A DNA stretch of 64,000 bases, taken from NCBI GenBank assembly GCA_050303855.1, contig JBNLCO010000010.1, positions 30,207 through 94,206 of the forward strand. Direction: 5' to 3'. The DNA is from Candidatus Pacearchaeota archaeon. GTDB lineage: Archaea; Nanobdellota; Nanobdellia; Pacearchaeales; GW2011-AR1. Under the pieces are notes generated by a model, which was not told the origin of the DNA, did not search any database, and worked only from the letters and a program-made list of their open reading frames with translations. Of the stretch, positions 37,231 through 46,023 are shown in pieces; positions within the stretch are counted from its first letter, which is position 1; each line of letters begins with the position of its first letter. The position numbers and the translations under genes were made by a program.

Positions 37231-38769
37231 TCACTTCTTTTTCCGTTTACTCTTATAAGAATTTCTTTTGATAGCATAAGTAACCGGATTTTTTGATTTT
37301 ATTTCTTCAGGAGTTAAGGTTACCCCAAAAACAGAATAGTGATCTGAAGAGAAATTAGGTGGAAGTATAGGTTTTTTTGAATATGACCATTTTAATTGTG
37401 ACATTACATAACCCTTCTTTAGAGGAATTTCATTCTTTTCGTTCCAATCGTAAATTTTCTTCTCAAATACTTCTTTTTCAAGACCCAAGAAACGGAAGAA
37501 GTTTATAAGTATAAATAAAGCTCTTTTTCTCCCATCTCCAACGCCTTCAAGAATTTTTTTTATTGATGGAGGAAGATCGTCATCAGTTAACTCTTTTATT
37601 TTTATTGGCTTGAAATCTGAGTATTTGCCAGAAATTTTTTCATCTGAAACTCCTTTATCTAATTGATTTTGTTTATACCAATCTAAAGCTTCTCTTACAA
37701 ACTCTCCTGCTTCATTTTCAATCGAATCTGGGAGGAAGTTTAACGGGACTGCTTTTTCGGGGCTAGCGTCTTTCATATCAAATTTTTCTAAGTCCTCTTC
37801 TTTTAGAACAATACTTGCAAGAGCTGTCTTTTCGTGTAGTGAGTAAGGCATTCTGAATAAGTGTCTTGGAGAAACTAAAATCAAATCCAACCCCATTAAA
37901 TCAAATAAATCATATTCTTCATATCTTGAGAAATTTTGAGGGTTTTTATCTGAAGAAATATTACAATCGTTACAATGATAAATTTCTTTAGATTCTTTAA
38001 TTTCTAAAATTGATCTGCATCTTGTTTCAGGACATTTTTGAGGTTTTGTATTTTCTGGAGAATTAGTTGGGATTTTCCTAAATTCCTGTCTTCTACATTT
38101 GGGGCAAATATAGTTTACCAAGATATAAGTTGAAGCTAAATTTTTACAAGAATTACATTTTATTCCTTTTTTGATATTTGTTTGTTCAAACTGAGATAGT
38201 TCTTCTGGAGTAACCAATTTTTTCATTTCTTCTTCTGATTTGAATCTTAAGAAAGCAACAATTCTCCGCGGCAATTCTGGAAAGAGATTTTTTGCAGGCT
38301 CTCCAGCTATTTCTTTTGGAAAAGCTTTCCAAGGTACAATTATGTGGAAGCCTTTGGAACCCGAGAACTTTAGACCAACATTTTTTATTCCGTAATTTTT
38401 TAGAGTGTTTATTATAGCTCTAGCCGCTTTTTTACTAAAATCAATCCATTTGCAATCAATATCTATGAGCAAATCCCATCCAATCCTTATTTCATTAAGT
38501 TGTTTTTCAGTCATACCCGTTTCTATTTTTAAGGGATCGTTCCAGAGTTCTTCAGAACAGTGAAATGATGTAGCTCCTTTCTTAACCAATTCAAAGATAT
38601 CTCCAGGGTATTCTATAGTGTCTGGACGTTTTCCAAAACCTTCAAAATATCTTGGTGAAACCTCCCTATTTCTAGAGAAATCTGCCATTACTTTTTGGAT
38701 TTCTGGTCTTGAATAATATAGAAATGTAACGTTCCTGATTCTTTCTTCCTTAAAACTCTTTTCGGTCAT
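37231..38769 (-). CDS. priS: DNA primase catalytic subunit PriS with extended C-terminal region (possible PriS-PriL-like fusion)
   Basis: LLIDIDC (catalytic DxD) and GSKGFHIIVPW (SGxRGFH) are archaeo-eukaryotic primase motifs. Zn-ribbon cysteines CNSCK...CPKC. About 150 extra C-terminal residues. Confidence 0.65.
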   Translation of the reverse strand: MTEKSFKEERIRNVTFLYYSRPEIQKVMADFSRNREVSPRYFEGFGKRPDTIEYPGDIFELVKKGATSFHCSEELWNDPLKIETGMTEKQLNEIRIGWDLLIDIDCKWIDFSKKAARAIINTLKNYGIKNVGLKFSGSKGFHIIVPWKAFPKEIAGEPAKNLFPELPRRIVAFLRFKSEEEMKKLVTPEELSQFEQTNIKKGIKCNSCKNLASTYILVNYICPKCRRQEFRKIPTNSPENTKPQKCPETRCRSILEIKESKEIYHCNDCNISSDKNPQNFSRYEEYDLFDLMGLDLILVSPRHLFRMPYSLHEKTALASIVLKEEDLEKFDMKDASPEKAVPLNFLPDSIENEAGEFVREALDWYKQNQLDKGVSDEKISGKYSDFKPIKIKELTDDDLPPSIKKILEGVGDGRKRALFILINFFRFLGLEKEVFEKKIYDWNEKNEIPLKKGYVMSQLKWSYSKKPILPPNFSSDHYSVFGVTLTPEEIKSKNPVTYAIKRNSYKSKRKKK

Positions 38770-38809
38770 GTTCGCAGAAAGGGGAGAGTGTTTATATTAT
38801 TTGTTGGGA

Positions 38810-39511
38810 TTAGTATCTATGGAAAGAAGTGATTTTTTGGATTAGGAATTTTGAGCCTGCAACTTCTGAGAAAATTGCCATAATTATGTATCTTCCAACA
38901 GCTACTTTGAAATAACCTTCTTCTAGTGGTATCTTTGAGAATTCTGAGAACTTTTGAATAATATTTTTTATTTCTGTTTCTGTAAGTATTAGAGCAGTTT
39001 TTTTATGTCCAACAGCCCCTCTTACTAGAACATTTGTTCCTTCTCCCTGGCATTCGATTGTTTTTACTAGAGGATCCATTAGGAAAGGATTTAGTTTCCC
39101 TAAATCTAAATCAGTATTTGTGGGAGTTGGTTTAAGATAATTGAATCTTTCTGGAAGAGATTCTTTTGGAATGAAGAGTTTTGCACCCCTAAGTTTTTGG
39201 GGCAAGGGTTGGTTTTCTTGAACCATTTTTCTTTTTTCTATTGTATTTGGGCCAATTGGAGCTTCAATTTCTCTATGCATTTCTTTTTCTAATTGCCGAT
39301 TGTCTTGAGCTAATTCCTGGAATTCATCTTGTTCTTGAACTTTTTCTAGTTCTTTCTTCTTTTCTTCCATTTCTTGTTGGAATTTTAGAACTTCTACAGG
39401 TGCAGAATTAAGGATCAATTGTTTAGTAAATGCAAATACAAAAGCTGAGGCAAAATTATCTGGCAAAAGTTTTATCTGAACATCAAGATCATTGAGAATT
39501 GTTTTTGTCAT
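38810..39511 (-). CDS. hypothetical protein
   Basis: 233 aa with a coiled-coil E/K/Q-rich centre. Confidence 0.35.
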   Translation of the reverse strand: MTKTILNDLDVQIKLLPDNFASAFVFAFTKQLILNSAPVEVLKFQQEMEEKKKELEKVQEQDEFQELAQDNRQLEKEMHREIEAPIGPNTIEKRKMVQENQPLPQKLRGAKLFIPKESLPERFNYLKPTPTNTDLDLGKLNPFLMDPLVKTIECQGEGTNVLVRGAVGHKKTALILTETEIKNIIQKFSEFSKIPLEEGYFKVAVGRYIIMAIFSEVAGSKFLIQKITSFHRY

Positions 39512-40133
39512 CTTCCTTGGAATATATAGATTTTTGATAGAGATCTGAAGGTTTTTGGGATGGCTTAGGCATCGGCATGCCTTGAGAAGGCATTTGAGGA
39601 TTCATTTGTGGAGCAGGCATTTTTGGAGGTTTCATTTGAGGTTTTGGAATTGATGGAGAACTCATATTTGAAGACATCATGGGCCTAGGAGTTATTGCAT
39701 CTATTTTTTCTTCTTCACCGGTAACCAAATCGTGCATAAGAGTTATTCCTCTTGCAATAGTTTTATTTTGATCAATGATATCTGACATTCTATTCATTAT
39801 TTCTTTGTTATCTTTTTTATCTTGTTCCGCAACGAATTCTTTTTCTGCAAGAGTTTTTGCAGAGATCTCAAATATGTTTAACAATTTTGAAATTTGATTG
39901 CTTAAATCTTCAAACTTAGCAGAGAAATTTACCATTACTTTTTGAAGTGAAACAAAATTATCGATTAGAGCTTTTTCTACACGTAAATCAGAAGGAGATC
40001 TTCTTGTAGTCGTGGTAGAAGTTTTTCTTTTTGTAGTTTTTCTTTTCTTCTTTTTTGCAGTTTTTTTCTTTGCAGGTCTTTCAATAACCTCTCTAATAAC
40101 TTTTTCGTGCACCGTCTTTTTCTTTTCAGCCAT
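39489..40133 (-). CDS. hypothetical low-complexity protein (basic N-terminus, Pro/Met/Gln-rich C-terminus)
   Basis: 214 aa. KKKKRKTTKRK stretch and PQMKPPKMPAPQMNPQMPSQGMPMP repeats. Confidence 0.35.
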   Translation of the reverse strand: MAEKKKTVHEKVIREVIERPAKKKTAKKKKRKTTKRKTSTTTTRRSPSDLRVEKALIDNFVSLQKVMVNFSAKFEDLSNQISKLLNIFEISAKTLAEKEFVAEQDKKDNKEIMNRMSDIIDQNKTIARGITLMHDLVTGEEEKIDAITPRPMMSSNMSSPSIPKPQMKPPKMPAPQMNPQMPSQGMPMPKPSQKPSDLYQKSIYSKEDDKNNSQ

Positions 40134-40179
40134 GTTTTATTGAGTGTTTTTATATTTATAAATATTTATAAAAACAATT

Positions 40180-42531
40180 TTAATTTTGAGGTTCTTTATT
40201 TGGAGTGTATTGTCTTGGTTCTTTATCAGTACCTTTTACTAAAGAATCTTCAAGCTCTTTTATGTATTCAGAAATGTCTTTTGCAACATCTGCATTAACA
40301 CTTATACTATCAATTCCTTGTTCAACAAGATGTTTTACCATAGGTTTCTTTGAACCTGCTTGTCCACAAATACTTGTTTCTACCCCGTATTTTTTACAAA
40401 CTCTTATTACATAATCTAATTGTCTCAGAACTGCAGGATTTGTTTCGTTGTATAAATGTTGAACCTTTTCGTTTCCTCTGTCTATTGCTAAAATATATTG
40501 AGTTAGATCATTTGTTCCAAATGAAATGAAATCTATTTTTTCTTCACATAAATCCCTTATTATTTGAACTGCTGCAGGAGTTTCGACCATAACTCCAACT
40601 TTAGCATCATTGAAACCTATTTCTTCTAAAATCTTTTTTGTTTGTTTAACTTCATCTACAAGAATTACTTGGGGAAGTAAAAGACCTATTTTGGTATTCT
40701 TGTCAGTTTCTGTAACTCTTTTTAGAGCGTTAAGTTCTGCTTTCATTATTTTGGGATTTGCTAAACTGAATCTTATACCGTGGAAACCTAACATCGGATT
40801 TGCTTCTTCATCTTTTGGAGCACCCTCAAGATTAGAGAATTCATCAGAACGTATATCTGAAGTTCTTACCCAAACTTCATCAAAATATTTTGCTATTCCT
40901 GAAACTCCTTTGAATATTACTTCTTCGTAATCTTTTATTGTATTATTGTTTAAGAAATACATAGGATGTTTTCCGGATTCTGCAATTATTCCTTCAATTC
41001 TTGTTAGACCTACTTTTTTTATTCCAGATTTTGATGCACGTTCTGCAAAACTTGGAAGGTCAACAATAACCTTTAATTTTGTTTTAGTTTGTGCTTCTAC
41101 TGGAAGAACTTCTTTCTTTTCTGCTTCTGCTACCTCTCCTTTGTAGATTTTTCCATTATATCCATCTATCGTTACTATATCTCCGTCTTTAAGTTTAGAA
41201 GTTGCAACTTGTGTTCCAACAACACAAGGAATTCCCATTTCTCTTGAAACGATTGCTGCATGAGCCGTTAGACCTCCTTCATCGGTTATTATTCCTGCTG
41301 ATTTTTGCATTGAAACAACCATGTCTGGATTGGTCATTCCTGTTACTAATATATCTCCTGTTTGTATTTTATCTAAATCGTTTAAATCCATGATAACTTT
41401 TACTTTTCCAACAGCAATTCCTGGGGATGCTGCAAGACCGTCAAATAAAGCTTCACCTTGTATTTCTTTTTCTGAAGAAGCAACTTTCTTACCTATAGTG
41501 GTTATAGGTCTTGTTTGAACTATGAAAATTTCATTATTTTCTATTGCAAATTCAATATCTTGAGGTTTGTTGTAATGTTGTTCTAATTTTTGTGCAAGTT
41601 CAGCTAATTGAGAAACTTCGCTTTCTTTCAAAACTTGTTGTTTAGAGATATCATCTGAAAGCTTTACAATATTTTTTTCACCTGAAGAACTTCTTGTGTA
41701 TGCTATTTTCTTTTCAGCTACTTTTTTATCTAAGAGATCTAAACTTTGAGATATAACGTATTTATCTGGAGTTATTGATCCTGAAACTATTCCTTCACCT
41801 AATCCCCATACCGCTTCTATAATAATATCTTCAGTTTTATTGGTAGGATCTTTTGAGAACATTACTCCTGATTTTTTAGAATCAACCATTTTTTGTACAA
41901 CTACTGCCAAATGAGCTTCATCATGAGTAAAACCTTGTTTGTTTCTATAATATGTGGCTCTTGCGGTAAATAGAGATGCAAAACATCTTTTTACAGCATC
42001 AAGTAATTTATCATTTCCTTTAATATTAAGATAAGTGTCCTGTTGTCCTGCAAAACTAGCATCCGCCAAATCTTCAGTTGTAGCTGAAGAACGGACTGCA
42101 ACAAAAACGGGTTCGGAAGCGTTATTTAATATATCTAAAGCGGAACCTTCTGCTAAATTAGCATCTGAAGCTCCAAGATGTTCATAAGATTCTATTATTT
42201 CTTCTTCCATTTCTTTAGGCATCTTTGACTTGGAGATAATTTCTCTAATTTTCTTTGTAGATTCCTCTAATTGTTTTGTATCTTCATAACTTATTTTGCC
42301 TAAGATTTCATCAACTTGTTTTTTCACACCAGATTTTTCTATAAAATAGTCATAGGCTTGAGCTGTTACAACAAATCCTGGAGGCACGGGTATTTTTGCA
42401 TTGTAAATTTCTCCAAGATTTGCTCCTTTTCCACCTGCAAATTTCCCAGAATCCTTATTTAATTCAGAAAACCATTTTACGAAGTCAGGTTTTTCAACAG
42501 AATTATCTTTACCACCACTTTTTACAGCCAT
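40180..42531 (-). CDS. ppsA: phosphoenolpyruvate synthase (pyruvate, water dikinase)
   Basis: 783 aa. PEP-utilising phosphohistidine signature GGLTAHAAIVSREMGIPCVVG. N-terminal ATP-grasp and C-terminal PEP-binding TIM-barrel blocks. Confidence 0.85.
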   Translation of the reverse strand: MAVKSGGKDNSVEKPDFVKWFSELNKDSGKFAGGKGANLGEIYNAKIPVPPGFVVTAQAYDYFIEKSGVKKQVDEILGKISYEDTKQLEESTKKIREIISKSKMPKEMEEEIIESYEHLGASDANLAEGSALDILNNASEPVFVAVRSSATTEDLADASFAGQQDTYLNIKGNDKLLDAVKRCFASLFTARATYYRNKQGFTHDEAHLAVVVQKMVDSKKSGVMFSKDPTNKTEDIIIEAVWGLGEGIVSGSITPDKYVISQSLDLLDKKVAEKKIAYTRSSSGEKNIVKLSDDISKQQVLKESEVSQLAELAQKLEQHYNKPQDIEFAIENNEIFIVQTRPITTIGKKVASSEKEIQGEALFDGLAASPGIAVGKVKVIMDLNDLDKIQTGDILVTGMTNPDMVVSMQKSAGIITDEGGLTAHAAIVSREMGIPCVVGTQVATSKLKDGDIVTIDGYNGKIYKGEVAEAEKKEVLPVEAQTKTKLKVIVDLPSFAERASKSGIKKVGLTRIEGIIAESGKHPMYFLNNNTIKDYEEVIFKGVSGIAKYFDEVWVRTSDIRSDEFSNLEGAPKDEEANPMLGFHGIRFSLANPKIMKAELNALKRVTETDKNTKIGLLLPQVILVDEVKQTKKILEEIGFNDAKVGVMVETPAAVQIIRDLCEEKIDFISFGTNDLTQYILAIDRGNEKVQHLYNETNPAVLRQLDYVIRVCKKYGVETSICGQAGSKKPMVKHLVEQGIDSISVNADVAKDISEYIKELEDSLVKGTDKEPRQYTPNKEPQN

Positions 42532-42621
42532 ACTCTGGATAGCTCAAATATGTTAATAAATATTTGGGTTAAAGTTTAGAATCAAGGGAAAATATAAAAA
42601 CAAATTTTCTCAAATTCTTTA

Positions 42622-43134
42622 ATGGTAAAAAGATATAAGAAGATTCATATAATTGGTATTTACGGATCTGGAAAAACCAATTTATCTATGAAGTTATCTA
42701 ATTTACTAAAGATAAAGTCTTACAATTTAGATAGCATAAAATACAAACGAAAATATGATTTGATTAGGCCAGTAAAAGAAAGAGTAAAAATGGTTAACGA
42801 GATTTCTAAAAAGAGTTCTTGGATTACTGAAGGGGCCTGGCTAGACAATGCAATTGAATTATATAAAAAAGCAGATATAGTCATTTTTTTAGACATACCA
42901 AAAAAAGTTATCTATAAAAGAATCTTTTTTAGATATATTAAAAGAAAATTTAAACACCCTTTTCGAAAACAAAACGTGAGAGGAATTCTAAAAAGAGTCC
43001 ACCAATATTTTCATGATGAGAAACATTTTATGACATTGGAGATTCACAAAGAATATATCCAAAAATATTCCAAAGAATATTTTATTGTGAGAAATAAAGA
43101 AGACATCAAGAGATTGATTGAAAAGATAAACTAA
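42622..43134 (+). CDS. P-loop NTPase/kinase (adenylate-kinase-like, FlaR/topology-modulation-like)
   Basis: Walker A IIGIYGSGKTNLS. The size fits small nucleotide kinases. Confidence 0.45.
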   Translation: MVKRYKKIHIIGIYGSGKTNLSMKLSNLLKIKSYNLDSIKYKRKYDLIRPVKERVKMVNEISKKSSWITEGAWLDNAIELYKKADIVIFLDIPKKVIYKRIFFRYIKRKFKHPFRKQNVRGILKRVHQYFHDEKHFMTLEIHKEYIQKYSKEYFIVRNKEDIKRLIEKIN

Positions 43135-43583
43135 TTGGATAATTTATTCTTTTTGTATTTTTTATAAATTTCTCTGCCAAATTCATAAATTCCAGAAATT
43201 GTGTTGGTTGCTAAAGGAATTGTCCACAGTGGAAATTCTAGAGAATTATGAAAAAATCCTTGAGGAGGGTTTATTGTATATAGGATGCCTGCTGTTTGTC
43301 CCGTTGCACCAAATATGGCCCCAAGATTTTCTCCAACTTCTGAGTGTGCATAAGATCCGGTAAATTTTTTATTCGCAGATTCAGAATTTTCTTCATAAAG
43401 TGTATTTTCAGTAAGTTCTCTTATTATTGTGGGGGTCCTTAAAGACCAAGAGCTTTCATATAGACCCTTCAAAAAACTTGCTCCAAATCCAATTAATTTT
43501 GAGTTTTCGATATAATTCTCAAGTTTGTTTCTGATATCTGTTTTTGTTACCCAAAGAGATTTTTTGTTAACTTCCATAGACAA
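43131..43583 (-). CDS. hypothetical protein
   Basis: 150-aa ORF. Confidence 0.3.
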   Translation of the reverse strand: MSMEVNKKSLWVTKTDIRNKLENYIENSKLIGFGASFLKGLYESSWSLRTPTIIRELTENTLYEENSESANKKFTGSYAHSEVGENLGAIFGATGQTAGILYTINPPQGFFHNSLEFPLWTIPLATNTISGIYEFGREIYKKYKKNKLSN

Positions 43584-43689
43584 CTCAAGGTCAATTCTTT
43601 TAAAAACCTTTCTAATATGTTATCACTTTATAAAGAGTACAAATGTAAGGTATTTTCTCGGATAGTTTTATAAATCTCAAAATGGTTTA

Positions 43690-44253
43690 TTGTTTATGTT
43701 AGGAACAGGTCTTTTAATCATAATTATTGTAGTAGCTTTGCTTTTGATAATGTTTGTAAGTTATTACAATAGATTCACAGTTTTGACAAATAGGATTGAC
43801 AATTCTTTGAGTCAGATAAATGTTCAACTTAAGAGAAGAGCAGATTTAGTTCCGAATTTAATTGAAACTGTTAAAGGATTTGCTAAGCATGAAAAGGAAG
43901 CAATAAAGGCAGTTACATATGCTAGAAAAGCTCTTGTAGGAGCTAAGGGTGTTGTTGACAAAGTTAAAGCAGACAGACAATTAGAAAGTGCTTTGAAAAC
44001 AATATTTGCTATTGCTGAAGGTTATCCTGATTTGAAAGCTAATCAAAATTTCTTAGAATTACAAAGAGAATTATCTTCAACTGAAGATAAAGTTGCTTAT
44101 GCTAGACAATTTTACAACGACTCAATATTGAGTTATAATAATAAGTGTAAGATATTCCCAGGAAATGTATTTGCTGGAATATATGGGTTTAAGCCAAAAG
44201 AATACTTTGAAATAGCTGAAGGTGACAAGAAGCTACCAAAAGTGAGTTTTTAA
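43690..44253 (+). CDS. lemA: LemA family membrane protein
   Basis: N-terminal TM helix, then YNRFTVLTNRIDNSLSQINVQLKRRADLVPNLIETVK, the LemA signature. Confidence 0.7.
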   Translation: MFMLGTGLLIIIIVVALLLIMFVSYYNRFTVLTNRIDNSLSQINVQLKRRADLVPNLIETVKGFAKHEKEAIKAVTYARKALVGAKGVVDKVKADRQLESALKTIFAIAEGYPDLKANQNFLELQRELSSTEDKVAYARQFYNDSILSYNNKCKIFPGNVFAGIYGFKPKEYFEIAEGDKKLPKVSF

Positions 44254-44479
44254 TGATAGAAGACGTAGTTTATTTAATTCCAGAAGAAGAGGAAAGAATT
44301 ATTGCCATACCTGACAGAGAATCGAAACTTATTGAAGCAGCATTTTTTAATATTGAAGAGATTTATTTTGGCAATAAGATTCAAGGAATATATAGGACAA
44401 TAGTTAATAGTTTTAAGAATGAATTTTATGAGGCTTAGAGTACAGAAATCTTTAAAAATAATTATGAAGAATTCCATAA

Positions 44480-44764
44480 ATGGAAAATTACTTTAAGAAA
44501 TTGGAGGGGAAAGTCTACGAGAGTTTAAGTCAAGTATATAACGCTTTTTTTGGGGGTCAGAGAGAACTTATGCCTGCTTATGCTACTTTAGAGAGTTATT
44601 CTAAGCCAGGTGTTCTTGAAGAAGAAGTTGGATATTATATGAGTCACGGGAGCAAGTTTGGAAAGAGACATAAAGCTAGACAAAATGCTGGAAAACAGTG
44701 GAAACAAAACGGTGGAAAATTAAGCAATAAAAATAATAAGAAAAACAATGGAAAAAATAAATAA
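44480..44764 (+). CDS. hypothetical basic protein
   Basis: 94 aa with a K/N-rich tail. Confidence 0.3.
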   Translation: MENYFKKLEGKVYESLSQVYNAFFGGQRELMPAYATLESYSKPGVLEEEVGYYMSHGSKFGKRHKARQNAGKQWKQNGGKLSNKNNKKNNGKNK

Positions 44765-44819
44765 TTTGCTTTAAAATTATTATATAAATCTATATAAATA
44801 GAGATTAAATTGCATTTTT

Positions 44820-45215
44820 ATGGCCGAGAAGTTTGCATCTTTGTTAACTGTTACAAAAATCTACGATTCAGGAGAGATAAGGTTTTATGACGACCCTGAC
44901 AAATTTGGTAATGATTTAAAGAAAATCGTATTTACTCCAAATCAAGAACTTAAAGCAAAAATTTCATTTAACGGGGAACTTAGTTGTGAGGAAGTGTTAA
45001 CAGAGTTTCAGGAATATCTTCCTTATTCAAGATTTATTAAGAACGACGACTATATTTCGCTAAAAGTGCCTCCGCAGTATGTTCATGACCTGAATAAGAA
45101 ATTTATTCAATATTTTATAGGAAATGCTCAAAAGAAACGTGAACGTCCAACAGAAGAGGAAGCGATGAATATGACTGTTGGAGAATATTATGAGAGGTTT
45201 TTGAAGAATCGTTAA
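44820..45215 (+). CDS. hypothetical protein
   Basis: 131-aa ORF. Confidence 0.3.
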   Translation: MAEKFASLLTVTKIYDSGEIRFYDDPDKFGNDLKKIVFTPNQELKAKISFNGELSCEEVLTEFQEYLPYSRFIKNDDYISLKVPPQYVHDLNKKFIQYFIGNAQKKRERPTEEEAMNMTVGEYYERFLKNR

Positions 45216-45952
45216 TTAATGTCTTTTAGTTTTCCGAAAGGATAGACTTTATTCTTTCCGATTATATAAGCTTCGAAAGACTTTAGTTTTGTTGATGGAA
45301 TAATTGTTTGGAATTTTCCTTTTGAGGATTCTAGTTCATTTACTTCAGAACCTTCGATTATTGGGAAGAAGCTTGGAACTACAATAAATTCTTTTGATTT
45401 GTATTTTCCAATCAAGAAGCATTTGTACTTTTCCTTTTTTATGTTGTTTTTATCTTTTAGAAGAACTGCTGGATGTATATGGCTTATTATTACTGATTTT
45501 ATTGATTTGTTTTTCTTGTCAAATAATTCGGGATAGGTTTTATCTCCGTGTGTGAAAGCTAGAGTTTGGTCTTCTGATAGATATACTTCATGAATCTTGT
45601 ACTCTTTTAGTGTGAAGGTGTCGTGATTTCCTTTTATTAGGATTATATCTTCTTTAGGTAAGAATTTCTCTAAGAATCTTAAGAAATTTCTTAAGTCAAA
45701 TAACTCTTCACGCTGGAAGGAGAAGTGATGTTTTATATCTCCTAGTAAGATTATTTTCTTTAGGGTTGATAGTGCTTTTATTTTCCTAATTATTATTTCA
45801 AGTTCTTTCTTTGTTTCTTCTAGTTGATCAAAGTTTAGTCTTATTCCTTGGTTTTTTAGCATAGAATCATATCCCAAATGTAGGTCTCCTACAGCTAAGA
45901 TTCCCTGCTTTGGAAAAAAGATTGTTTTTGATAGGAGTTTGTAATTTGCCAT
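45212..45952 (-). CDS. metallophosphoesterase (calcineurin-like)
   Basis: GDLHLG, GDIKHH and GNHD motifs. Confidence 0.6.
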   Translation of the reverse strand: MANYKLLSKTIFFPKQGILAVGDLHLGYDSMLKNQGIRLNFDQLEETKKELEIIIRKIKALSTLKKIILLGDIKHHFSFQREELFDLRNFLRFLEKFLPKEDIILIKGNHDTFTLKEYKIHEVYLSEDQTLAFTHGDKTYPELFDKKNKSIKSVIISHIHPAVLLKDKNNIKKEKYKCFLIGKYKSKEFIVVPSFFPIIEGSEVNELESSKGKFQTIIPSTKLKSFEAYIIGKNKVYPFGKLKDIN

Positions 45953-46023
45953 ACAAATAAAGAGAAAATAGGAAATTTAAGGGTTTTGGATAAGTTTTTA
46001 ATATATCTATAAGCTTATATTTT

